In this document: one piece after another, positions 1 through 8,308 of the stretch | Numbering within the stretch: position 1 is the stretch's first letter | Layout of the letters: each line of letters begins with the position of its first letter | IMG/VR virus record: IMGVR_UViG_3300044580_000187 | Span: 1-34,987 of that record | Strand: one strand, 5' to 3' | Origin: a virus | Taxonomy: Duplodnaviria > Caudoviricetes | Length of the DNA: 34,987 bases | The notes under the pieces: generated by a model | Seen by the model: the letters and a program-made list of their open reading frames with translations, nothing else | The model's database searches: none | Told to the model about the DNA's origin: nothing | Translations under genes and position numbers: made by a program

Positions 1-96
1 TGACCTGTGAGCTGCCGTAGGCTCTGACCTGTGAGCTGCCGTAGGCTCTGACCTGTGAGCTGCCGTAGGCTCTGACCTGTGAGCTGCCGCAGGCTG
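1..96. repeat. 24-bp coding tandem repeat, 4 units (left end)
   Basis: Units tgacctgtgagctgccg(t/c)aggct(c/g) start at 1, 25, 49 and 73; the minus strand encodes (R/T)A(Y/C)GSSQV. Confidence 0.97.
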
Positions 97-187
97 TGAA
101 TTCTCCGTTCCGGACAATTGCCATATCGCCATTTTGACAACAAGCGTCTAAATCTGCTTGTGTTTTACATTCGATTAATTGATTCAT
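1..187 (-). CDS. N-terminal part of an octapeptide-repeat phage protein that crosses the contig junction (continues at 34987..34400)
   Basis: ATG at 187 with upstream GGGGG RBS; translates MNQLIECKTQADLDACCQNGDMAIVRNGEFTACGSSQVRAYGSSQV... with no stop before base 1; not in the ORF track. Confidence 0.85.
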   Translation of the reverse strand, partial: MNQLIECKTQADLDACCQNGDMAIVRNGEFTACGSSQVRAYGSSQVRAYGSSQVRAYGSSQV

Positions 188-254
188 ATTTTCCCCCTAA
201 AGCTTAATAATCGACATTGTAACCTTATCCAACTATCTCCTAAATTCGTTAAAT

Positions 255-356
255 CCCACCGGGTGCGAGCCGGTACCTGTTAACACCGGCCCGTGCACGT
301 CTTACCCCGGTAAGGGTTATCGACAAACCGGTGGAAGGAGCACCCCGGTTAAGTCG
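255..356 (-). other. GC-rich double stem-loop downstream of ssb; candidate structured RNA
   Basis: On the minus strand, hairpin ggtg-ctccttc-cacc within a longer stem, then a long nested hairpin (255-316). Confidence 0.45.
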
Positions 357-361
357 CTTAC

Positions 362-745
362 TTAAAACGGAATGTCATTCGGGTCGATATCCTCTTCCTG
401 TCTCCCCGATCCGTTCCCCTTCTTATCAAGGAAAACAACCTGAGATGCAATTATTTCTGTCCGGTAATGTTTTTGTCCGTCTTGGCCATCCCAACTGCGG
501 GTATGCATTCGCCCTGCAACATAAACCATTTGCCCCTTCGTAAGGTATTGATTGCATGACTCAGCTTGTTTATTCCAGGCAACCACATTGACCCATTCAG
601 TCTCTTCCTTAGCTTGGCCGTCCTGGGTGTATTTGCGATTGCAGGCGATTGAAAAAGTTGTGACAGGGTTTCCGCTGGGTGTGAAGCGCATTTCAGGATC
701 ACCGCCCAAATTCCCTATAAAGGTACAATAATTCAGGCTAGCCAT
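362..745 (-). CDS. ssb: single-stranded DNA-binding protein
   Basis: IGNLGGDPEMRFTPSG, ETEWVNVVAW, KGQMVYVAGR, acidic DIPF C-terminal tip. Confidence 0.97.
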   Translation of the reverse strand: MASLNYCTFIGNLGGDPEMRFTPSGNPVTTFSIACNRKYTQDGQAKEETEWVNVVAWNKQAESCNQYLTKGQMVYVAGRMHTRSWDGQDGQKHYRTEIIASQVVFLDKKGNGSGRQEEDIDPNDIPF

Positions 746-1416
746 TATTTCACCCCCAGCCTGGCTTTAATTTCGCAGATGAATTTACTTCTTTGTTCTG
801 CATCCATCAACTTAATAGTATCCAGCACCTTATCGCCGGTGATACCAAAGTTATCCTTTATCCAGTTCAAAGGATTCCATTTTAATTTACTGAGAGCGCT
901 TTTTATCCAGTCATCAGATATTGTTGCCTGTTGAGTGGTAGTTGATTGAGTAGTTTTTTCATTGTTTTTTTGCTTAGAGCTAGGCTCGGATTGTTTAGAT
1001 TCAGTTTTCCTATCCATTGCACCTTCAGCGTCATCATCTTCAGTAACAATTCCAAGTATTGCAGCCCAGGTGTATCTTCGGGCGTAGGTCATCGCAGACC
1101 CTAAAGCTTGGGGGTCATTTTGTTTGACGGCTTGCAAAGGATATCTTCCGCTAATCCATTGACCAGACTCATGTGCTAAGATGGTTTCTAAATACGGGCC
1201 GGAAGCATCGATGTCACAAACTTGAATCAATGATAATTTGTTAGTTTTCAACAAATTACGGCTGGCATCTGCAATACCTGCCAGATCGGCATATTTAGAT
1301 TTTAAAAATGGGTTTGATTTATCTTTGACTGCAGGCTGTAATTCAGATTGCAAGTTGATTAATGATTTTACTAAATCGGTAATATTCTCAGATTTATTCA
1401 TCGTTTCTTTCTCCAA
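745..1416 (-). CDS. ERF-family single-strand annealing recombinase
   Basis: NPFLKSKYADL, QALGSAMTYARRY, EDDDAE motifs; adjacent to ssb. Confidence 0.92.
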   Translation of the reverse strand: MEKETMNKSENITDLVKSLINLQSELQPAVKDKSNPFLKSKYADLAGIADASRNLLKTNKLSLIQVCDIDASGPYLETILAHESGQWISGRYPLQAVKQNDPQALGSAMTYARRYTWAAILGIVTEDDDAEGAMDRKTESKQSEPSSKQKNNEKTTQSTTTQQATISDDWIKSALSKLKWNPLNWIKDNFGITGDKVLDTIKLMDAEQRSKFICEIKARLGVK

Positions 1417-1430
1417 TCAATCGTAATTAT

Positions 1431-1694
1431 TTATAGAGGAATTTCTACTGGGTGTTCTGAACCAAGTGCGGGATTAGAACCGTTGTTTGGTGAAGAGGGC
1501 ACCGGCTGCAGTGACAACGATGATCTCTTTAATGCGTACTGGAGCAAGCTGGACGCCTGATCCTTACACTTCTCGATATCGTCATCATTCGCCTCGACTT
1601 TAAAACCGATAATCCCCTTAGTGGCGGCCTGTTCGAATTGAACCTTGTATTTACTATTTTCAATGCTGTGAACTATGACTTCTTTGATTTCCAT
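1431..1694 (-). CDS. hypothetical early protein
   Basis: 87-aa ORF with AAGGAG RBS in the early operon. Confidence 0.7.
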   Translation of the reverse strand: MEIKEVIVHSIENSKYKVQFEQAATKGIIGFKVEANDDDIEKCKDQASSLLQYALKRSSLSLQPVPSSPNNGSNPALGSEHPVEIPL

Positions 1695-1718
1695 ATCTAC
1701 TCCTTCTACAGGTTAAAT

Positions 1719-1901
1719 TCAGTTACAGTTCAGATTACAGCGACAAACTCCGACATGTTTCAGATTTATAAGTCTCAGTTCATCGGACACACAGGGCGTC
1801 TCCGGCAATACCAGCCCGGCGATACGGTTCTGTCCCCATAAAGTCTTTTTGTCCCAAGGAAAGAGCTTGTGTTCCATATTGTTTTTAATTAGTCTAATCA
1901 T
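1719..1901 (-). CDS. small hypothetical early protein (start uncertain)
   Basis: ATG overlaps the end of the upstream ORF; Cys-rich C-terminus. Confidence 0.5.
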   Translation of the reverse strand: MIRLIKNNMEHKLFPWDKKTLWGQNRIAGLVLPETPCVSDELRLINLKHVGVCRCNLNCN

Positions 1902-2085
1902 TGCGTTTATCCCAAAATTCGGGATTCTGCATATCCCTCCACATGCCCTCCAGACCATTCAAACGCCTTATGGCATAGGCAATGCGGCAATTCTCGCAGG
2001 ATAATTCAGAGCAGGTGATTTCCTGCTTGTGGGGACAGTTGTGGACGTTTGTGTTTTCTGCTACTATTAAATTGTTGGCAATCAT
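1894..2085 (-). CDS. small Cys-rich hypothetical protein
   Basis: 63 aa, CPH..C...SCENC; AAGGA RBS. Confidence 0.6.
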   Translation of the reverse strand: MIANNLIVAENTNVHNCPHKQEITCSELSCENCRIAYAIRRLNGLEGMWRDMQNPEFWDKRND

Positions 2086-2100
2086 TTGTTTTGTCCTTTT

Positions 2101-2139
2101 GGAGCCTCTAGTTTCGAGCTAGAGGCTCCTTCTTTTTTT
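2101..2139 (+). terminator. intrinsic terminator oriented antisense to the early operon
   Basis: Perfect 11-bp stem ggagcctctag/ctagaggctcc followed by ttctttttttg on the plus strand. Confidence 0.7.
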
Positions 2140-2206
2140 GAAGAGTCATCTCATCTGTAGGACTGCTACGTTTATATTTGTTTTTTAAATCATAGACATC
2201 GCCTCC

Positions 2207-2365
2207 TTAATTCAAACAAAGGTTCTCCCTCCAGCAAACGTTTAAGAAATAAGCTTCACTTTGATATAAGTGAATAAGTTGACAGAAACTCGGGAAAGTT
2301 TTGATGCGAGTATCAGGATTGCGCAAGGCTTTATCCCAATTTGACTGATATAATGCGTCAATCAC
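2207..2365 (-). CDS. 52-aa hypothetical protein (not in the ORF track)
   Basis: GGAGGAG RBS then GTG; VIDALYQSNWDKALRNPDTRIK...CLN*. Confidence 0.55.
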   Translation of the reverse strand: MIDALYQSNWDKALRNPDTRIKTFPSFCQLIHLYQSEAYFLNVCWRENLCLN

Positions 2366-2603
2366 AACTCTCCTCCATAAAGCTATAAGTAGATTTGTTA
2401 GCCCTTCCTCCTTTAAAACCGGGCCTTAAGGCCCGAAGTTCATCAATATTCAGATTGCGGGGCCGTCCGCCGACTTTGCCCATCTGTGAAAAGATGTCAG
2501 GCATACCATTTCTAATCGCTGCGTTGCGCTCTGCTAAAAGTCGCTCCCCGCGGATCTTCCCGGCTCTGCTGCGGACCTGATGCAGCTCATACTGGCTTAA
2601 CAT
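2358..2603 (-). CDS. basic hypothetical protein, possibly DNA-binding
   Basis: 81 aa, GKVGGRPR motif; overlaps the end of the cro-like gene. Confidence 0.65.
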   Translation of the reverse strand: MLSQYELHQVRSRAGKIRGERLLAERNAAIRNGMPDIFSQMGKVGGRPRNLNIDELRALRPGFKGGRANKSTYSFMEESCD

Positions 2604-2851
2604 CTGTTGCCTGCTTTCTGCATATAGTTAAGGACTACGGTGTTTAGCTCGGGGTAGACGCGGGTAATACCGGAAAGGACTTTAGAACCGGGGTTATTGC
2701 CACCGGAAACGATGTAACTCCATGTTGACGGGTCTATACCGATGGATAAAGCAAACTGCCGTTCAGATAATCCCCTGTTTTCCCTTAACTCCCTGACCGC
2801 TTTCAATAATGTAATTTTGTTTGAATCTACAGAATTTGTTACCATATTCAT
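2597..2851 (-). CDS. Cro-like XRE helix-turn-helix regulator
   Basis: LRENRGLSERQFALSIGIDPSTWSYIVSG HTH; divergent from the repressor. Confidence 0.88.
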   Translation of the reverse strand: MNMVTNSVDSNKITLLKAVRELRENRGLSERQFALSIGIDPSTWSYIVSGGNNPGSKVLSGITRVYPELNTVVLNYMQKAGNRC

Positions 2852-2907
2852 CCCCTATCTGTAATTTAACCATTAATAAAATGTATGATTTTTACCTTAC
2901 ACTTGAG

Positions 2908-2943
2908 ATTGTATACCCTATTATGGTAAAAGTCAATAGGGTA
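2908..2943 (-). promoter_or_regulatory. early lytic promoter with overlapping inverted-repeat operator
   Basis: Minus-strand TTGACT (2936-2931), 17 bp, TACAAT (2913-2908); inverted repeat taccctatt (2914-2922)/aatagggta (2935-2943). Confidence 0.75.
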
Positions 2944-2965
2944 GCATAAGAGAATATTACATATC

Positions 2966-2993
2966 TTGATTTATTACAAAGGGGGAGTAGAAT
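2966..2993 (+). promoter_or_regulatory. candidate repressor promoter (near-leaderless transcript)
   Basis: TTGATT, 16 bp, TAGAAT ending 9 nt before the ATG at 3003. Confidence 0.5.
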
Positions 2994-3002
2994 TTTATTA
3001 TC

Positions 3003-3686
3003 ATGGTTTCTGAAACTTTAGGGCAATTATTAAAACGCTTAATCGCAGAAAAACACACTAGCCAGAGACAACTGGCCAAAAACACCGGCATAGATTTGTC
3101 GTATATCAACCAGTTAGCAAATGATAAAGCCGGTGGTATAACGCTTAAAACAGCTAAAATGATAGCCTCTGTGTTAGGGGTTCAGCCGGAAATATTTTTA
3201 TCTGAAGACCAGACACCTGTTAATTTGCCGCCCAAATCATTTAGTTCTATTTTGGATGAATTCAAAGAGAAAATAGCAGCCCTCGAAATGGTTGAAATCC
3301 CTATAGTGGGTCGTATTCCGGCAGGCTATCCTTGCGTCAAAGAGGAGTGCAATATCGGGTTCGCTTATGTGGCCAAGGAATCAATTAAGAACATCCCGGA
3401 TAAAGACAAATTGTTTTCCCTGGTTGTTGAAGGGGAATCCCTGACCGGGGATAAGATTTATCCCGGTGACCGGCTGTTAATCAAACCTCAAAAAGAAGTG
3501 GATATCCAGGGGAAAATATACGTCTGCATTATTGGGAATGCCTGCACGGCAAAGCACGTATTTTTAACGCCAGAGGGCAAATACAGGTTAAGGGCCACCA
3601 ATGACCACTTTGAGGACTGGGAGCCCTCAGAACTTGAAATTCTGGGCCGTGCGATAAGAAATCTTGGAAAGGATTCGGAACTATGA
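3003..3686 (+). CDS. CI/LexA-like repressor (XRE HTH + S24 autopeptidase)
   Basis: N-terminal HTH; IPAG Ala-Gly cleavage site, VEGES catalytic Ser, TAK Lys. Confidence 0.93.
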   Translation: MVSETLGQLLKRLIAEKHTSQRQLAKNTGIDLSYINQLANDKAGGITLKTAKMIASVLGVQPEIFLSEDQTPVNLPPKSFSSILDEFKEKIAALEMVEIPIVGRIPAGYPCVKEECNIGFAYVAKESIKNIPDKDKLFSLVVEGESLTGDKIYPGDRLLIKPQKEVDIQGKIYVCIIGNACTAKHVFLTPEGKYRLRATNDHFEDWEPSELEILGRAIRNLGKDSEL

Positions 3687-4534
3687 AAGTTTTATTTTGT
3701 TGTTTAATTTTAGCTATTGCTTTGATGTTAAGCGGGTGTGCGCTACCAGCGTCTTCAGAAACGGGACAGATCGATGATACTCCACTAAAGACAACCGCAT
3801 CATCATCTTTAAATTTTAATAATGATAACTGGCATTTAGCTATAGCGGAGGCAAAAGGGGCACAATCCAATTACATTCATTCAGATGTTATTTTAACAGG
3901 GGAAATAAGCCAAATTGTAGCGGTTAAAGAAAAGGAGACGCAATTTACTATTACCACGGATTTTGAAGACTCCAACCTTGGGGATAGAACATTAATTGTT
4001 ATCGATCAACCGTTGAGTTTAAATGAAAACCAATGGGTGAGAATAACTGGAATACTCTCTCAATACTGGAGCACTACTAATTTAATGGGTGGAGTTATTC
4101 GAGTGCCAGTGATTGACGCGACTTCTGTAGAGGTAATAAGCAGGTCAGAAGCCATAACCGCTAAATATACCATCAATTTGAACAATAAAATAACTCAATA
4201 TGGTTTAAGCGTAGAGGTTCAGAAAATAGAACTTGCCTCAACCGAAACCAGAATTTATGTCAATATCGAAAATAATTCTCAAGATAAGGCAGTTGCATAC
4301 GATTTTGACGCAGTAATTGTAGAAGCCGGAAAACAATATAAAACTAAATATGTTTTTAGTGATGACATAAAAGAGATTGATGACAGTCTGTTACCTGGCA
4401 CTGATACGCAAGGTGTAATCATATTTGAACCACTGAACCTTGATATAAAGCAGGCTAGTTTTATCTGGGATGGCCCTCATACAGATGATTACTCTTTGAA
4501 TTTTGTCGATTGGGTCTGGGAATTTTCCTGGTAA
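3683..4534 (+). CDS. lipoprotein co-transcribed with the repressor; candidate superinfection exclusion
   Basis: Signal peptide with LSGC lipobox; OB-fold-like middle region and DUF4352-like Ig-fold C-terminus (LLPGTDTQGVIIFEPL); ATGA overlap with the repressor stop. Confidence 0.75.
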   Translation: MKVLFCCLILAIALMLSGCALPASSETGQIDDTPLKTTASSSLNFNNDNWHLAIAEAKGAQSNYIHSDVILTGEISQIVAVKEKETQFTITTDFEDSNLGDRTLIVIDQPLSLNENQWVRITGILSQYWSTTNLMGGVIRVPVIDATSVEVISRSEAITAKYTINLNNKITQYGLSVEVQKIELASTETRIYVNIENNSQDKAVAYDFDAVIVEAGKQYKTKYVFSDDIKEIDDSLLPGTDTQGVIIFEPLNLDIKQASFIWDGPHTDDYSLNFVDWVWEFSW

Positions 4535-4600
4535 TTCAATGGAACAAACAAAAAACTAAGGAGGAAAGGCTAACAGAACGCTTGTGCTAGGTTTTATACC

Positions 4601-4651
4601 ACAGATCTGATAAGTCTGCGGTCAATGGTTCGATCCCATTAGCGCCCACCA
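4601..4651 (+). mobile_element. attP core: 3' part of tRNA-Ile(GAU)
   Basis: Anticodon arm cagat-CTGATAA-gtctg, T arm aatgg-TTCGATC-ccatt, acceptor 3' strand agcgccc-A-CCA; no 5' half; 35 bp upstream of the integrase. Confidence 0.9.
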
Positions 4652-4686
4652 TTAAAGCTAAAAGTAGTTTGTTAGTCTTAAATTAA

Positions 4687-5622
4687 ATGGTTATAGAGCA
4701 CAGACTTTCCGATGTTGTGAGCCTGCTAGATTACAGACTTTACAATGTCTCCGATGCGATTAACGAATTTTTACTCACCTGTAAGATAAACAATAAAGCC
4801 CCTGCAACCATCACTGCTTATAAATTCCGGCTATCGGCGTTTAACTTTCATTTCGGGAAAATATCTATCAAAGAAATTCAACGCCAGCATATCAAAGCCT
4901 ATCTCTCTTTACTGCAAGACCAGGCTCTAAAAAAATCAACTATCGCCGCCAGATACCGTTCTTTGCATACGTTTTTCACGTGGGCGTTGGAGGAACAGTT
5001 GATAGACTTTTCTCCGATGGAGAGTTTTCACCCTCCATACGCCGAAAGAGCAATTGTGAAACCATTCTCGCAGCGTGATATTGAAGATTTAATATACCTC
5101 TGCGAAGGGAACAAATTCCTGGATGTACGTAATATGGCGTTAATTCTGGTTGCTTTGGATACCGGCATGAGGCTAAACGAATTAATCATGCTGAAACGAA
5201 CAGATATAGACATCGAGACAGGGCTGGTTACCGTGCTGTATGGCAAAGGCCGTAAAACTCGCATAGTCAGAATCGGGAATAGGGCCAGAAAGGCCATTCT
5301 CAGATATCTACGTTTTAGAAATCAGAAATATCCGGAATTGTGGCAGACCGAGGAAAGAACACCGTTATCAAGGGCGGGAATGAGCATAGCTGTAAGACGC
5401 CTATGTCGACGAGCTAATATAACCGGCGCCAGAGGTAGTATTCATACCTTCAGGCACTCCGCTGCATTATATAGTTTGCAGAATGGAGCAGAATTGATTG
5501 ATGTGCAAAAAATGCTGGGTCACTCCAAAATTAAGACCACCGCGGATACCTACCTGGCTGGTTTTGACAGCATAGCTGTCGCCAAACGACATGAGAAGTT
5601 TTCACCGGCTGATAACTTATAA
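4687..5622 (+). CDS. int: tyrosine recombinase/integrase (XerC/D-like)
   Basis: DTGMRLNEL (R), GKGRKTR (K), HTFRH, LGHSKIKTTADTY (H, Y). Confidence 0.96.
   Translation: MVIEHRLSDVVSLLDYRLYNVSDAINEFLLTCKINNKAPATITAYKFRLSAFNFHFGKISIKEIQRQHIKAYLSLLQDQALKKSTIAARYRSLHTFFTWALEEQLIDFSPMESFHPPYAERAIVKPFSQRDIEDLIYLCEGNKFLDVRNMALILVALDTGMRLNELIMLKRTDIDIETGLVTVLYGKGRKTRIVRIGNRARKAILRYLRFRNQKYPELWQTEERTPLSRAGMSIAVRRLCRRANITGARGSIHTFRHSAALYSLQNGAELIDVQKMLGHSKIKTTADTYLAGFDSIAVAKRHEKFSPADNL
4700..4748 (+). repeat. imperfect 16-bp direct repeats near attP; possible arm-type or accessory binding sites
   Basis: acagactttccgatgt (4700-4715) and acagactttacaatgt (4733-4748). Confidence 0.4.
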
Positions 5623-5651
5623 AAATAAGGCCGGAGTGGTTAGCTCCGGCC
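5620..5651 (-). terminator. intrinsic terminator between the convergent int and accessory operon
   Basis: Stem ggccggag/ctccggcc; U-rich tract on the minus strand. Confidence 0.75.
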
Positions 5652-5658
5652 CTCTGGT

Positions 5659-6090
5659 TTAATTCAATATTTCCCCTGGGTGTGGTTGCTCCATAGTCGC
5701 ATGTTTGGCAATCTCAGCCCAGAACCGTTCAACCGCATCCACCAGGGCGGCCTGCTGGAGTGGTGTTAATTTGTCCAACTTATCTAGTAATGGCTGCTTG
5801 TCACATTTCCACTTCTCAAAATACTCAGGCTCTGCATCATACACATTAGCTGTGATACCTGATATTAGAGAGTATGTTATAAATACAGTCCCATTACACA
5901 GGTCGCAAATCAGCGACAGTTCGCCGCCTGTGAATTTGTCTTTAATTTCAATTCTGGCGATATCAAGCAGATAATAATAACGCTCGATAGCCTTGCGCAT
6001 GGCGTCCGAAATACCACCTTTTACAGTATCAGTACGTTTATCGATTTGTTTAGCCAGATTATCCGGAATGATTATTGCCATCCTTGGCAT
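5659..6090 (-). CDS. ribbon-helix-helix N-terminal regulator with helical C-terminal domain
   Basis: MPRMAIIIPDNLAKQIDK...ISDAMRKAIERY has the CopG/Arc-like pattern. Confidence 0.7.
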   Translation of the reverse strand: MPRMAIIIPDNLAKQIDKRTDTVKGGISDAMRKAIERYYYLLDIARIEIKDKFTGGELSLICDLCNGTVFITYSLISGITANVYDAEPEYFEKWKCDKQPLLDKLDKLTPLQQAALVDAVERFWAEIAKHATMEQPHPGEILN

Positions 6091-6604
6091 TTCGCAACTC
6101 CTTTTTTATAAATTTTAAAATTAGATGTTTCTTCCGTAAAAATTTACCTTTGCGGCGGCGGTAGGCTCTGTACCTGACCGCATACGTCTTAGGTAAATCA
6201 TTCACACTCATACCGTGCGATAGTTTAGATATTGCCTCATGTAATATCAAGTCTTTGATAGTTCGCGGTCTGGACAATTTCTTTCTAGCAGATTTCGATA
6301 ACGCAGGGTTTACCCAGGTACCCGCAGCAACCTGAGCTTTAAATTTAGCACCAGCCGCAGCACCGCCCTTTTTCGCGTTAGCAACGATTTGTTCATGAGT
6401 AATTCCCGCAGCAGGATTTTTCCATTTGCCATTTTTAACATTCTGTTTTACTTTTTCAATTCTTGCCGGATTTCCAGCCTGCGCATTTGCGGTATTTCTA
6501 CACTCAATGCTGCAGTATTGTCTAAGCTGGTTTTTGGTCGTTCGCCAGCTTAGTTTAATTTCTCCGCCGCAAAAATCACATATTCCAGCCGGTTTAATTT
6601 TCAT
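6059..6604 (-). CDS. very basic Zn-finger protein, putative DNA-binding
   Basis: CDFCG...YCSIEC motif; K/R-rich; NUMOD-like segments; no HNH or GIY-YIG core visible. Confidence 0.65.
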   Translation of the reverse strand: MKIKPAGICDFCGGEIKLSWRTTKNQLRQYCSIECRNTANAQAGNPARIEKVKQNVKNGKWKNPAAGITHEQIVANAKKGGAAAGAKFKAQVAAGTWVNPALSKSARKKLSRPRTIKDLILHEAISKLSHGMSVNDLPKTYAVRYRAYRRRKGKFLRKKHLILKFIKKELRNAKDGNNHSG

Positions 6605-6632
6605 AGTCTTTAGTCTGACATTTAGATTTTAA

Positions 6633-6968
6633 TTATCCTCCTTCTCGCCGGACTTGGTACCGGCTTTGTAGCATTATTCCCACTCTATGACAATGCTCAT
6701 GCCAATAATTTGGCACGGGAAGCGGTAACGCTTTCTTAATATCTCTTAACTGGCGGTTTGAGAGTGATATATACGTTGACGGAGTGTATATATCTGCGTT
6801 AAAAAAGACGTGGAGATAAGGATATGCATTAAATGCTTTTATCTTGTTTTCCTCATCCAGTTGGCGGTATAACTGGACCGCTTTGCTTCCATGCGTAACA
6901 CGTACATATTCGTATGCCGCAGTTGCACCCGGGTTTATAATATACCGTAATGCCTCATTCAGCTCCAC
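6633..6968 (-). CDS. hypothetical accessory protein
   Basis: Strong AAGGAGAAGGAAA RBS before GTG. Confidence 0.7.
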   Translation of the reverse strand: MELNEALRYIINPGATAAYEYVRVTHGSKAVQLYRQLDEENKIKAFNAYPYLHVFFNADIYTPSTYISLSNRQLRDIKKALPLPVPNYWHEHCHRVGIMLQSRYQVRREGG

Positions 6969-7029
6969 TTTCCTTCTCCTTTGCAGATTGTTCCACTATC
7001 AGCGGATAGTATCGCCGTCACTCTGCTTT

Positions 7030-7392
7030 TTAATATTCAGCTAGTTCATCACGTCTTGCTTGCTCATTTGCTGCTTGCTCTTCTTCATAATCAGCTTGAG
7101 CTGATTCTATATCAGCATTTTCTGCAAGAGTATCTTCCAGCATTGTTTTTAAAATGTCTGGTAGTTCTACAAAACAAGATAAAAACCAATCATGATTATA
7201 TGTATATTGCCTCTTTTGCAATACACAATTGTTTCCGTCCAGTCCGACGATATAGATGACGTCTCCAGTGTCCTGTTGAGCACTATTTGCTTCCGGTAAC
7301 GCTATAAATGTTTCTTTGAGATTACCCAAATCTATGTCGTTAATGATTTTCTCAATCTCGTCAATAGTGTTTAGCTTTAAATACTTTTTCAT
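7030..7392 (-). CDS. acidic hypothetical accessory protein
   Basis: Same AAGGAGAAGGAAA RBS; D/E-rich C-terminus. Confidence 0.75.
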   Translation of the reverse strand: MKKYLKLNTIDEIEKIINDIDLGNLKETFIALPEANSAQQDTGDVIYIVGLDGNNCVLQKRQYTYNHDWFLSCFVELPDILKTMLEDTLAENADIESAQADYEEEQAANEQARRDELAEY

Positions 7393-7454
7393 TTTCCTTC
7401 TCCTTCTCTCCCCGTCCGGTATCTCCGGCTCGGGTGGAACCTGTATCTCTTGAT

Positions 7455-7530
7455 TACACTATCATATTATCATATTGTATGATGATTGTATACTGGTCAT
7501 TAGTATAGTTTTTGCATCAATGCATAAAAC
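7455..7530 (-). promoter_or_regulatory. AT-rich promoter/operator region of the accessory operon
   Basis: Short direct repeats (atacaat x2, atatgata x2 on minus) and an imperfect palindrome at 7508-7530. Confidence 0.45.
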
Positions 7531-7553
7531 CAGTTAAACAGGTAATTAATGTT

Positions 7554-7634
7554 AAAATAAAAAATCCGGCGCCGCCCGGGCAAGGAGCGGCGCCATAACA
7601 AGAAGAAGGCCTGCCGGCGGCAAACCCGGCAAGC
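7554..7634 (-). terminator. double hairpin with terminator ending the late operon
   Basis: Stems 7609-7634 and 7568-7594 followed on minus by ggattttttatttt. Confidence 0.75.
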
Positions 7635-7659
7635 AAAATATTTTTCAAAAAATATCCGT

Positions 7660-7902
7660 TTATTTCCGGAAATTTCTGAACAATAGTATGAGTTTCCGGA
7701 TGAATGTAATAACGTTTTTTGTTTGATCTATGGCCTCAATAAGTGCGTCGGCTAAACAGATTTTTTCAGAGTCGGTTATCTGGCCGTCCTCACAGGCCTC
7801 GACGTAGGCCTTATAACCCGCCCTCAGAGCCCGCCAGAGGCCCGCCAGGGCGAGAATCAGTAATACCAGTACCGTAACTACCCCTAACAGAAATTCCCAC
7901 AT
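7660..7902 (-). CDS. small membrane protein, holin/lysis candidate
   Basis: N-terminal hydrophobic helix, basic amphipathic C-terminus; lysis position. Confidence 0.65.
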   Translation of the reverse strand: MWEFLLGVVTVLVLLILALAGLWRALRAGYKAYVEACEDGQITDSEKICLADALIEAIDQTKNVITFIRKLILLFRNFRK

Positions 7903-7904
7903 AT

Positions 7905-8306
7905 TCAGTATTTTCCTCCTGCTACAAAATCACAAAGCTTTAAACATTTGCCCCAGGCCAGATCGATATACCAGCATTCGGTTAAGCCCGACGGGCCGTT
8001 ATTGACTATCGCCATATTGGCGATATGATAAACAGATGTGTCGGTGCTGCCATCCGGCTTTGTGAAAACCGGAGTCATATAGGCGACGCCGGCCGCCACC
8101 AGGCAACAACTCAGGCGGTAACCGTCCATCTCGGCGAGGACTTGCGATTCCCGCGCGTAGTCATCACAAAGATTGGGTGCTGGCATCCGCAGTTCATCGT
8201 GTAGCTCAAACCAGGCTCTCAGGTCATTGATGCTCTCAAAATCCTTCAGGCCGTCAGGCTCTGGCTCTCCTAAAAGTGCTCTTATTAATTTTTGCCAATT
8301 AATCAT
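7905..8306 (-). CDS. papain/transglutaminase-like Cys-His-Asp protein in the endolysin position
   Basis: NLCDDYAR...YHIANMAIV...WYID; likely start MINWQK just after the upstream stop. Confidence 0.6.
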   Translation of the reverse strand: MINWQKLIRALLGEPEPDGLKDFESINDLRAWFELHDELRMPAPNLCDDYARESQVLAEMDGYRLSCCLVAAGVAYMTPVFTKPDGSTDTSVYHIANMAIVNNGPSGLTECWYIDLAWGKCLKLCDFVAGGKY

Positions 8307-8308
8307 AG

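Noticed and set aside
1-96. Terminal 24-bp repeats as a CRISPR array or terminal direct repeats
   Set aside because: The units are contiguous with no spacers, are a multiple of 3 and lie inside an ORF; no cas genes
4590-4651. Complete phage tRNA-Ile gene
   Set aside because: The acceptor 5' strand and D arm are absent; it fits an attP fragment
4686-4706. tggttatagagcacagac as the 5' half of a permuted tRNA
   Set aside because: It resembles a D-arm/anticodon strand, but no acceptor 5' strand (gggcgct) or D-stem partner is present, and it lies in int coding sequence
6059-6604. Homing endonuclease
   Set aside because: Only Zn-finger and basic DNA-binding segments; no HNH or GIY-YIG catalytic motif seen
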